From: Eledone cirrhosa
Taxonomy: Eukaryota
NCBI GenBank assembly: GCA_964016885.1
Contig: OZ024743.1
Location: 39,556,001-39,620,000 of the forward strand
Length of the DNA: 64,000 nucleotides
Direction of reading: 5' to 3'
Shown here: in pieces, positions 52,559 through 64,000 of the stretch
How the letters are laid out: each line of letters opens with the position of its first letter
Numbering within the stretch: the stretch's first letter is position 1
Program-made: the position numbers and the translations under genes
The notes under the pieces: model-generated
Seen by the model: the letters and a program-made list of their open reading frames with translations, nothing else
Databases searched by the model: none
Told to the model about the DNA's origin: nothing

Positions 52559-52996
52559 GCATACAGGTACACATACATATATGCACGCATCAGTTTAGCT
52601 GACGTTTATTATAACGCCTGCTTTGTTCGTTTGTTTGTCAACAAATCGAACAGCCTGAATTTATGCCATACGGTGTTAAGGCAACCACGTCACCTTTTTG
52701 TTCAACACTGACACAGGAACGATGTCCTAGTTTCAAGCTTGTTAGCTATCATCAGCACCGTTTACCCATCTGCCAGATAGTTGAACGTTCGAAAGTATAT
52801 ACTTTCCTTATGAAAATTAACGGCTGAGCAGCCTAATTTGAATATTGAGTGAGTTAAATCGGTCAGGCATACCGAAAACGATAAGTTGAAAAAAATGAAA
52901 ACGAAATTTCATTTCTCACTCTTAGTATGGCACTTACTTAAATGTAAGTATGTATGTATACGTACATACATATATGTATACAGACGTACAATAGCA

Positions 52997-53079
<83 letters not shown>

Positions 53080-53517
53080 GCATACAGGTACACATACATA
53101 TATGCACGCATCAGTTTAGCCGACGTTTATTATAACGCCTGCTTTGTTCGTTTGTTTGTCAACAAATCGAACAGCCTGAATTTATGCCATACGGTGTTAA
53201 GGCAACCACGTCACCTTTTTGTTCATCACTGACACAGGAACGATGTACTAGTTTCAAGCTTGTTAGCTATCATCAGCACCGTTTACCCATCTGCCAGATA
53301 TTTGAACGTTCGAAAGTATATACTTTCCTTATGAAAATTAACGGCTGAGCAGCCTAATTTGCATATTGAGTGAGTTAAACCGGTCAGGCATACCGAAAAC
53401 GATAAGTTGAAAAAAATGAAAACGAAATTTCATTTCTCACTCTTAGTATGGCACTTACTTAAATGTAAGTATGTATGTATACGTACATACATATATGTAT
53501 ACAGACGTACAGTAGCA

Positions 53518-53590
<73 letters not shown>

Positions 53591-53594
<4 letters not shown>

Positions 53595-55097
53595 AGATAA
53601 GCAGAACAAGTAAAAATTCAATCAATTTTTCAAAATAAATCAAAATTAATATACAATCAAAATTAATCAAATTTAAAAAATATAATGTAAATATTTACCT
53701 ATTCTAATGGCCCTAACTGTACAGTTTCACGGTGCAAAACATTAAATATCACCAGGATATTAATGGAAAAGCAACGATCATCAGAGAAGCATTTTCCTGT
53801 CCTAGGGTTAAAAACCCCAGGAACGACAAAATATATGACCTCACTCCAACTAATACAGGTCTAAAAGGTCGTGAAAGTGACCCGTAAATACATTGGTGTA
53901 TAGTGAAGGCGGGAAATCGTAGACTCGCCGTCTATAGCTCGCCACCAAAAGAAAAGAGTTTTAGTAACTAAATATAACGACAAAATTTGTATCTCTACAT
54001 ATGGAGATTATTGAAAAAGTTAATATATATCTGAGGGTACAATGTACCCCCGGAAATATATAGTGTGTCTATGATTTAAGGTGGTTCTATGGTAATAATT
54101 TAATATACCAGAACATAATATCAAGATAAGCAGAACAAGTAAAAATTCAATCAATTTTTCAAAATAAATCAAAATTAATATACGATCAAAATTAATCAAA
54201 ATTTAAAAATATAATATAAATATAAATATTTACCTATTCTAATAGCCCTAACTGTACAGTTTCACGGTGCAAAACATTAAATATCACCAGGATATTAATG
54301 GAAAAGCAACGATCATCAGAGAAGCATTTTCCTGTCCTAGGGTTAAAAACCCCAGGAACGACAAAATATATGACCTCACTCCAACTAATACAGGTCTAAA
54401 AGGTCGTGAAAGTGACCCGTAAATACATTGGTGTATAGTGAAGGCGGGAAATCGTAGACTCGCCGTCTATAGCTCGCCACCAAAAGAAAAGAGTTTTAGT
54501 AACTAAATATAACGACAAAATTTGTATCTCTACATATGGAGATTATTGAAAAAGTTAATATATATCTGAGGGTACAATGTACCCCCGGAAATATATAGTG
54601 TGTCTATGATTTAAGGTGGTTCTATGGTAATAATTTAATATACCAGAACATAATATCAAGATAAGCAGAACAAGTAAAAATTCAATCAATTTTTCAAAAT
54701 AAATCAAAATTAATATACGATCAAAATTAATCAAAATTTAAAAATATAATATAAATATAAATATTTACCTATTCTAATAGCCCTAACTGTACAGTTTCAC
54801 GGTGCAAAACATTAAATATCACCAGGATATTAATGGAAAAGCAACGATCATCAGAGAAGCATTTTCCTGTCCTAGGGTTAAAAACCCCAGGAACGACAAA
54901 ATATATGACCTCACTCCAACTAATACAGGTCTAAAAGGTCTTGAAAGTGACCCGTAAATACATTGGTGTATAGTAAAGGCGGGAAATCGTAGACTCGCCG
55001 TCTATAGCTCGCCACCAAAAAAAAAAAAGATTTTTAGTAACTAAATATAACGACAAAATTTGTATCTCTACATATGGAGATTATTGAAAAAGGTTAA
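53591..55097 (-). repeat. Second tandem array (about 2.8 units of 529-535 bp) nested in a (TA)n of the first array
   Basis: Unit starts ATCAAGATAAGCAG at 53591, 54120 and 54655. (TA)n lies on both sides and the first array resumes in register afterwards. Confidence 0.92.
53706..53793 (-). ncRNA. Type I hammerhead ribozyme of the nested array (also 54241-54328 and 54776-54863)
   Basis: AAUGCUUCU-CUGAUGA-U-long helix II (CG-UGC..CAUUAA-UAUC/GAUA-UUAAUG..GCA-CG)-U-GAAA-CUGUACAG-UU/AGGGC(C/U)AUU, with palindromic ACUGUACAGU helix III. Confidence 0.72.
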
Positions 55098-55593
55098 TAT
55101 ATATATATCTATATATATATATATGTATATATATATACACATATGCATACAGGTACACATACATACATACATATATGCACGCATCAGTTTAGCCGACGTT
55201 TATTATAACGCCTGCATTGTTCGTTTGTTTGTCAACAAATCGAACAGCCTGAATTTATGCCATACGGAGTTAAGGCAACCACGTCACCTTTTTGTTCAAC
55301 ACTGACACAGGAACGATGTACTAGTTTCAAGCTTGTTAGCTATCATCAGCACCGTTTACCCATCTGCCAGATAGTTGAACGTTCGAAAGTATATACTTTC
55401 CTTATGAAAATTAACGGCTGAGCAGCCTAATTTGCTTATTGAGTGAGTTAAATCGGTCAGGCATACCGAAAACGATAAGTTGAAAAAAATGAAAACGAAA
55501 TTTCATTTCTCACTCTTAGTATGGCACTTACTTAAATGTAAGTATGTATGTATACGTACATACATATATGTATACAGACGTACAGTAGCATGC

Positions 55594-55645
<52 letters not shown>

Positions 55646-56086
55646 GCATACAGGTACACATACATATATGCACGCATCAGTTTAGCCGACGTTTATTATA
55701 ACGCCTGCTTTGTTCGTTTGTTTGTCAACAAATCGAACAGCCTGAATTTATGCCATACGGTGTTAAGGCAACCACGTCACCTTTTTGTTCAACACTGACA
55801 CAGGAACGATGTACTAGTTTGAAGCTTGTTAGCTATCATCAGCACCGTTTACCCATCGGCCAGATATTTGAACGTTCGCAAGTATATACTTTCCTTATGA
55901 AAATTAACGGCTGAGCAGCCTAATTTGCATATTGAGTGAGTTAAATCGGTCAGGCATACCGAAAACGATAAGTTGAAAAAAATGAAAACGAAATTTCATT
56001 TCTCACTCTTAGTATGGCACTTACTTAAATGTAAGTATGTATGTATACGTACATACATATATGTATACAGACGTACAGTAGCATGC

Positions 56087-56118
<32 letters not shown>

Positions 56119-56556
56119 GCATACAGGTACACATACATATATGCACGCATCAGTTTAGCCGACGTTTATTATAACGCCTGCTTTGTTCGTTTGTTTGTCA
56201 ACAAATCGAACAGCCTGAATTTATGCCATACGGTGTTAAGGCAACCACGTCACCTTTTTGTTCAACACTGACACAGGAACGATGTACTAGTTTCAAGCTT
56301 GTTAGCTATCATCAGCACCGTTTACCCATCTGCCAGATAGTTGAACGTTCGAAAGTATATACTTTCCTTATGACAATTAACGGCTGAGCAGCCTAATTTG
56401 CATATCGAGTGAGTTAAATCGGTCAGGCATACCGAAAACGATAAGTTGAAAAAAATGAAAACGAAATTTCATTTCTCACTCTTAGTATGGCACTTACTTA
56501 AATGTAAGTATGTATGTATACGTACATACATATATGTATACAGACGTGCAGTAGCA

Positions 56557-56599
<43 letters not shown>

Positions 56600-57065
56600 G
56601 CATACAGGTACACATACATATATGCACGCATCAGTTTAGCCAACGTTTATTATAACGCCTGCTTTGTTCGTTTGTTTGTCAACAAATCGAACAGCCTGAA
56701 TTTATGCCATACGGTGTTAAGGCAACCACGTCACCTTTTTGTTCAACACTGACACAGGAACGATGTACTAGTTTCAAGCTTGTTAGCTATCATCAGCACC
56801 GTTTACCCATCTGCCAGATAGTTGAACGTTCGAACGTATATACTTTCCTTATGAAAATTAACGACTGAGCAGCCTAATTTGCATATTGAGTGAGTTAAAT
56901 CGGTCAGGCATACCGAAAACGATAAGTTGAAAGAAATGAAAACGAAATGTACGTACGTATACATACATACTTACATTTATGTAAGTGCCATACTAAGAGT
57001 GAGAAATGAAATTTCGTTTTCATTTTTTTCAACTTATATATATATAAATATGTATATACATATAT

Positions 57066-58020
57066 GACAACTAGAAGTTGATTAACATAAATAAACATAT
57101 GAAACAATCACAGGGGATAATTTTTACAAGTGTGTAAGCACACATAGCTAGGTAGGTAACTAAATAAAGTTAACTAGAACTTCAGAAATAGATACCTTAT
57201 AATATGATTAATCTTCCCTGTTTATATTCCATTAAAGAAATATATTTCACCAATTAATCGAATGGTAAACGACGGAAGCCGGTTCTTGGATTTTCAACAA
57301 GGAAGAAGTCCAGCGATCTGTATTTACGCATTAAGTTCAAATCAGCGACTGGCAAGTAACACGTGCTGTATCTACTAAAAATACACACATCATATCAGCT
57401 TCGTCGCAGTGGCGTGAATAGGGTTATCGACAACTAGAAACAGCACTCAAGTCCTTTCAACAGAATTAGCTCTACAATTAAGGAGCCGTAATTATATATA
57501 TATATATATCCAAAATTAAGATAAATCAAAATGAATTTAATCTAAATCAAAATTATGGGTGTCATGCCAGAAAGGCATGCGCCATATCACCCGTAAGATA
57601 AGCTCTAAGATTCTAATGAATTGGTCAGCGCATTTTATAACAACTAGAAATTGATTAACATATAAATAAACATATGAAACAATCACAGGGGATAATTTTT
57701 ACAAGTGTGTAAGGACACATAGCTAGGTAGGTAACTAAATAAAGTTATCTAGAAGTTCAGAAATAGATACCTTACAATATGATTAATCTTCCCTGTATAT
57801 ATTCCAGTAAAGAAATATATTTCACCAATTAATCGAATGGTAAACGACGGAGGCCGGTTCTTGGATTTTCAACAAGGAAGAAGTCCAGCGATCTGTGTTT
57901 ACGCATTAAGGTCAAATCAGCGACTGGCCAGTAACACGTGCTGTATCTACTAAAAATACACACATCATATCAGCTTCGTCGCAGTGGCGTGAATAGGGTT
58001 ATCGACAACTAGAAACAGCA
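57066..58020. repeat. About 575-bp direct repeat, about 1.6 copies
   Basis: 57068-57445 recurs at 57641-58020. Confidence 0.85.
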
Positions 58021-58716
58021 GTGACGTTCTAGTTAACTGTACAATAGGGGCTTCATTTAAAGTACTGAAAATTGTTTCGTTGATCAGGTGTGTCTAGAGT
58101 TCGCTAATCGATTGAGGTTGCGTCAATCGATCTCTAATACATTGTTTACCACTGGTCCACATATCAGAGCATGTAGATATGAAAATAGTTCACATGAGGC
58201 AAGACTTATATAGAAAAGTAGCGTAACACCAAAACAAGAAAATCAATAATAAATAGCGTATAATTAAAACAATAACATCAATATTAAAACATGTATGGTA
58301 AATAGATAGAGAAGTTACAGATGTAAAAAGCAAAATATAAGATAGGGTACATTAAAAAATAATTATAAAATGGAGAAGAAAATGAGGCAATAGAGAATAC
58401 AAATGAATAAAAATAAAATAAATAAATAAAAATAAAATAAATAAAATAAATAAAATAAATAAAATAAATAAAATAAATAAAAATAAAATAAATAAAAGAG
58501 TGAGACAGTGTACGTAGAATTAGATTTTATTAGTTGTTATCGTATATATATATATATTAAAATAACAGATTAAAGTTTAAGCAATGAATCGCTGCTTTTA
58601 CCCTTAACAGGATCGTCTGAAATATAGATATTTGCTCTATGGCCCTTATATATTTGACATTTATTTATCTTTATCGATCCCTCTTTGGATTTTAGTCTTC
58701 ACATGTATTTTTATTA

Positions 58717-58794
<78 letters not shown>

Positions 58795-58946
58795 ATAGAT
58801 TTTGAGTATATGTTGGTTGTATACCAACACCTCAGTATGCAGGCTGGAACACTCGACGAAGTGCGCAGGTTGGTTTGGTTACTCCCGAGTAATGTAAAAT
58901 GAAGTTAAATAAAAAGTCAAATGTTTAAAATTTAGCTTCGTTTATT

Positions 58947-59001
58947 ACTGCTATATATATTTCAGTGACAGCCGTCTTTGGCTGTGACCTCTTCAGGCAG
59001 T
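58947..59001 (-). ncRNA. Type I hammerhead ribozyme (family E), left arm
   Basis: ACUGC-CUGAAGA-GGUC-ACAGCC-AAAGAC-GGCUGU-CACU-GAAA-UAUAUA-UA-GCAGU. Confidence 0.75.
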
Positions 59002-59231
59002 TTGAATTAGTATGGTATAGACAAGTACATATGTTGTTTAGGTGTATAATATTTTCATTACTCTGATATGCCCAGTTCCTGTTTGGGATGTTATTTCACT
59101 GAGGAACTGGAATCATATGATTCCAGTTCCTCAGTGAAATAACATCCCAAACAGGAACTGGGCATATCAGAGTAATGAAAATATGATACACCTAAACAAC
59201 ATATGTACTTGTCTATACCATACGAATTCAA

Positions 59232-59286
59232 ACTGCCTGAAGAGGTCACAGACAAAGACGGCTGTCACTGAAATATATATAGCAGT
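59232..59286 (+). ncRNA. Type I hammerhead ribozyme (family E), right arm
   Basis: Mirror copy of 58947-59001 with one helix II substitution. Confidence 0.72.
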
Positions 59287-59361
59287 AATAAACGAAGCTA
59301 AATTTTAAACATTTGACTTTTTATTTAACTTTATTTTATATATATGTATATATATATATAT

Positions 59362-60272
59362 AATTCACAGGAATCAAAGTTATGTTCAAACCATTTATTA
59401 GCTTACAATTATTTCATCCAAAGCGAGGTTTGGTGTCTTCGGAGCATTTTTCAATGTTTGTATACATACGTGACCTCCTTTCCAACGCAAGAGACATACA
59501 GATACATATGTATATATTGATGCACGTAATCACACACATACTTCCGGATAATAAAACGATGTAATTTCTCGCAACAGAAACAACCTGCTCTATTAAATTG
59601 GATTAAAGAACACTGAGCCCCAACAAACTATATTAATTTAACTTCATACATCAAACATCCAATACTGAATCATCGTTAATTATGTGAAGGACATATAAAC
59701 TATATATTACCTCTCCTGAATTGTGAAAATGGTGGTGTATACAAAAACCATAACATTTTTTTGCTTCTCATTTATACTATTTCTCTGCACACAGGCCTCT
59801 TTAACATACACTAAAAATACCTTACCACTACAACCTCCATAATACTCTTGATTACCCGCTTAAAGTGCTTGTATTGCATATAACACCCTGCCGCACAATA
59901 ATCATATATAAACAAGACACACGTGCATGCCCCACGTGTAACTAATGCATACAATATCTACTACAACTGACTAACAAACTATCCTATTGCTTTTTCTACG
60001 AAAACTGCCGATGTTGTATTTTAATTTTAATTTTGCTTTGATTCTGTTTTAATATGATTTTAATTTTTTAATTTAAATTGCGATTCAGAAATGATATAAT
60101 ATTTGTCACCCCACTGTGCATCAATATATACATATGTATGTCTCTTGCGTTGGAAAGGATTTCACGTTTGTATACAAACATTGAAAAATGCTCCGAAGAT
60201 ACTAAACCTCGGTTTGGATGAAACAATAGTAAGCTATTAAATGGTTTGAACATAATTTGATTCCTGTGAATT
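59362..60272. repeat. Inverted pair of about 160-bp repeats (59362-59525 and 60115-60272), each with a variant hammerhead
   Basis: 60187-60238 (+): AAUGCU-CCGAAGA-U-ACUAAACC/GGUUUGGA-U-GAAA-CAAUAG-UA-AGCUAUU; mirror copy at 59400-59448 (-). Confidence 0.7.
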
Positions 60273-60503
60273 CTATATAACTGCTCTGTAGAACAACTGA
60301 TGTTATTACATTGAGCTATTTATCTTACTGGTAATAAGGTAGTAATAAATTACTGTCTTTCACTGTTTAGGGTTTAAAATATATATAACTATAAAAAGTT
60401 TTAGTATATACATAACCATAAATAGTATCCTTAATACTATGTGTATATATATATATACATGTAAATATACATATGTTTACATATATATATATATATATAC
60501 ACC

Positions 60504-61443
<940 letters not shown>

Positions 61444-61530
61444 GACTTAGTAGATGGTTAAGATTCAGTCATGGTAGTCATGATTGAATCTTAACCATGT
61501 ACTAAGTCAGGGTGTGTCATGCATCATCTT

Positions 61531-61594
61531 ATTTTATCTGATGACACGTACTGTTGAAGATAGCTCAGTACCTCTGAAATATGTATAATAAAAT
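61531..61594 (+). ncRNA. Type I hammerhead-like motif
   Basis: AUUUUAU-CUGAUGA-CAC-GUACUG..CAGUAC-CUCU-GAAA-UAUGUA-UA-AUAAAAU, with a 7-bp helix I. The base of helix II is mismatched. Confidence 0.6.
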
Positions 61595-61775
61595 GTAATT
61601 CATCACACGAATGTCTATTTTTGTTAATATTTTGAATTAATATATATATATATATATATTAATATGTATTTATATATAAATATATATACAAATAAAATAC
61701 AGAGTTACTAACTCATATTGATAGACTGCACTTAACAAGCTCAAAGTATAAATACTGAGCATTATATAATAATAT

Positions 61776-62160
61776 AGGGCGGTGGATTGGCAGTATCGGT
61801 AGAGGGTCGGACGCCATGCTTTCCAGCATAGTTACGTCCCTTTACGATCTGAGTTCAAATCCCGCCGAGGTTGACTTTGCCTTTCATCCTTACGGGGTCG
61901 ATAAAATAAAGTACCAGTAATGCACTGAATAATTGCTGGCCTTGTGCCTAAAGTAGAAACAATTATATAATAATATAGGGCGGTGGATTGGCAGTATCGG
62001 TAGAGGGTCGGGCGCCATGCTTTCCAGCATGGTTGCGTCCCTATACGATCTGAGTTCAAATCCCGCCGAGGTTAACTTTGCCTTTCATCCCTACGAGGTC
62101 GATAAATAAAGTACCGGTAATGCACTGGTTAATTTCTGGCCTTGTGCCTAATGTAGAAAC
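61776..62160 (+). mobile_element. Two head-to-tail tRNA-derived SINEs (61776-61962 and 61976-62160)
   Basis: Each has TGGCAGTATCGG and GAGTTCAAATCCC boxes plus the shared body. Confidence 0.9.
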
Positions 62161-63297
62161 TGTTATATAATAATACATGTAGAAATAAACACAGTAAATT
62201 GTGTGTCTAAAATTACGAGGGTTGAAATACCACATTGGTTTGATAAATTTAACCTAAAGCAATCGGAAGATATAGAATATATATACAGATCTTCTCAATA
62301 ACTATTTCATCTCTCGGGGGGCAGATTAGATATTTAATGTTTGCCCTGAAAATTCTGTTTGTAACATATAATCCGTAGGCTTTCCTCAGCGAGAGATAAG
62401 ATCAGATGGAACAAACACATACAACTAAATGCCACACGAATGAATATCTCACTTCGTGTGCTGGACGTTAGAAGTGGTGTGAGTGGATATGCTAAAAATA
62501 ATAGCCTTAATACACCCAACTTATAAGCTCACCTAGTTTGGGAGCCGAAATACAAATAAAATCTACCGTTTGCTTCAGGTTAATTTTATCAAACCAATGT
62601 GGTATTTCAACCCTCGTAATTTTTGACACCCAATTTACTGTGTTTATTTCTACATATATTATTATATAATTGTTTCTACTTTTGGCACAAGGCCAGCAAT
62701 TACCCAGTGCATTACTGGTACTTTATTCTATCGACCCCGGAAGGATGAAAGGCAAAGTTAACCTCGGCGGTATTTATACTTTGAGCTTGTTAATTGCAGG
62801 TTATCACTATCAGGTAGTAACTCTGTATTTTATTTGTATTTAGGCTCCCTAAATAGGTGAGCTTATAAGTTGGGTGTATTAAGGCTATTATTTTTAGCAT
62901 ATCCACTCAGACCACTTCTAACGTCCAGCGCACGAGGTGAGATATTCATTCGTGTGGCTTTTTGTTGTATGTGTTTGTTCCATCTGATCTTATCTCTCGC
63001 TGAGGAAAGCCTACGGATTATCTGTTAAAAACACAATTTTCAGGGTGAAACAGATTAAATCTCTAATCTGCCCGAGAGATGAAATAGTTATTGACACGGT
63101 ATGTATATATATTCTATATCTTCCGTTTGCTTCAGATTAAATTTATCAAACCAATGTGGTATGTCAACCCTCGTAATTTTAGACACACAATTTACTGTGT
63201 TTATTTCTACACATATATATATATATGTGTGTGCGCTGGACGTTAGTGGTGGTGTGAGTGGATATGCTAAAAATAATAGCCTTAATACACCCAACTA
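62160..63297. repeat. Scrambled inverted duplications of a pLTR-like repeat and a partial SINE (62670-62770, minus strand)
   Basis: 62165-62270 is inverted at 62566-62670 and 63105-63215. 62298-62545 is inverted at 62845-63092. Confidence 0.75.
62992..63080 (+). ncRNA. Hammerhead-like fold with full helix III but GCC at the cleavage triplet
   Basis: AUCUCUCG-CUGAGGA-helix II-GAAA-CAGAUUA-AAUCUC-UAAUCUG-CC-CGAGAGAU, with a mirror copy at about 62309-62397 (-). Confidence 0.55.
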
Positions 63298-63433
63298 GAA
63301 ATGGAAGACCAAGGTTAACGTATGTTGATGCCCTAAGGACAGACACTGGTCTGTTGGAGTCGCAGGACATGGCAGCGATAATGAGGGACATAGACCGCTG
63401 GAGAGAACTCGTCCATGGATCTTTACCCGCCTT
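63297..63433 (+). mobile_element. 3' terminal fragment of an RTE-like LINE
   Basis: GRPRLTYVDALRTDTG...MRDIDRWRELV is a typical RTE C-terminus. It is followed by (TA)n. Confidence 0.65.
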
Positions 63434-63446
63434 AGATATATATCTA

Positions 63447-63491
<45 letters not shown>

Positions 63492-63524
63492 TTACTCCTT
63501 GATATTGACCTTCTCGGTTCATTA

Positions 63525-63700
63525 CACATCCAATAAAGCATGCTTGCTTAATTTCTTTGCAGTTACAGCCCGTTTCACTACCATGCAGTATCACACTTCA
63601 CACATACGTATCATACAGCCTTCCTTTTCATGTCAACACTGGCTTTAGCTCAGTAAACTTCTTCCATCCTATCCTAATTCTAGCTATCATACGTTCACCT
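63525..63700 (-). mobile_element. Degenerate RTE-like RT thumb fragment
   Basis: Read by hand: IARIRIGWKKFTEL..KGRLYD...VILHGSET. Confidence 0.6.
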
Positions 63701-63715
63701 TTGTGTTATATAAAA

Positions 63716-63905
63716 TAGAGTGGTGGATGTGTAGTATCAATAGAGGGTCTGACGCCATGCCTTGCAGCAAAGAGTTACGGCCCTTTATGGTCTGAGTTCA
63801 AATCCACCAGAGGTTAATTTTGTCTTTCATCCTTACAGTGTTGATAAAATAATGCACCAGTAATACACTGGAATAAGTGTTGGCCTTGTGCTAAAGAAGA
63901 AACAG
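63716..63905 (+). mobile_element. Diverged tRNA-derived SINE
   Basis: GAGTTCAAATCC B box and the shared body and tail. Confidence 0.8.
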
Positions 63906-64000
63906 TTATATAAAATGGAATGTTCTCTTTATTCTTAAGAAACGCAACCAAAACAAAACTATTTGTTCTGGCTTCGTGCGTTCTAAATTCGAATGATATC

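Larger units (their letters stand above)
46510..57035 (-). repeat. Tandem array of 18 units of about 490 bp, each with a hammerhead fold and a variable (TA)n; retrozyme-like
   Basis: Spacings between unit landmarks in the ORF track are 473-529 bp and differ by even numbers, matching the (TA)n length. Interrupted at 53591-55097. The last about 87 bp are an inverted piece of the unit. Confidence 0.93.
58894..59339. repeat. Spacer-less palindrome of family-E pLTR (arms about 223 bp, centre 59116/59117)
   Basis: Centre ...GGAACTGGAATCAT|ATGATTCCAGTTCC... The left arm continues to about 58800 as the reverse complement of 39950-40050. Confidence 0.92.

Noticed and set aside
54028-54065. CTGA-GGGTAC-AAT-GTACCC-CCGGAAATATATA on the plus strand of the nested array
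   Set aside because: The CUGANGA box is incomplete, so it is at best a relic hairpin.
46510-57035. CRISPR-like repeat-spacer appearance
   Set aside because: The constant part is about 450 bp, the variable part is only TA length, there are no unique spacers or cas genes, and the context is eukaryotic.
57066-58020. Possible third ribozyme-bearing tandem repeat
   Set aside because: The size and partial-tandem layout are suggestive, but I found no hammerhead core on either strand. It is reported only as a repeat.
61776-62160. tRNA genes
   Set aside because: A and B boxes are present, but there is no cloverleaf and a long shared non-tRNA body follows, so these are SINEs.

Overview
Eukaryotic (animal) repeat-rich DNA with no recognisable host gene. 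A tRNA-derived SINE resembling octopod SINEs suggests a cephalopod, which is an inference. The window has two compartments. (1) 1-38.4 kb is a pile-up of about 13 non-LTR retrotransposon copies, mostly bounded by (TAA/TTA)n microsatellites. They belong to three R4/Dong-like families (RT plus restriction-like endonuclease) and two Tx1/L1-like subfamilies (APE plus RT), including one apparently intact 5.8-kb Tx1-like element. The two clades always face opposite ways relative to the microsatellite. (2) 39.4-63.3 kb is built on (TA)n tracts. It holds a decayed Penelope-like element (RT plus GIY-YIG, inverted pseudo-LTR), many pLTR-like fragments and palindromes, and a 10.5-kb array of 18 units of about 490 bp. 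Each unit carries a type I hammerhead ribozyme (HHR) fold on the minus strand, and a second, unrelated HHR-bearing array of about 535 bp is nested in one of its (TA)n tracts. At least seven distinct hammerhead-like families can be read directly from the sequence. Six of the 18 array ribozymes are mutated at catalytic positions G12 or U16.1. All ribozyme calls come from manual folding and are untested.
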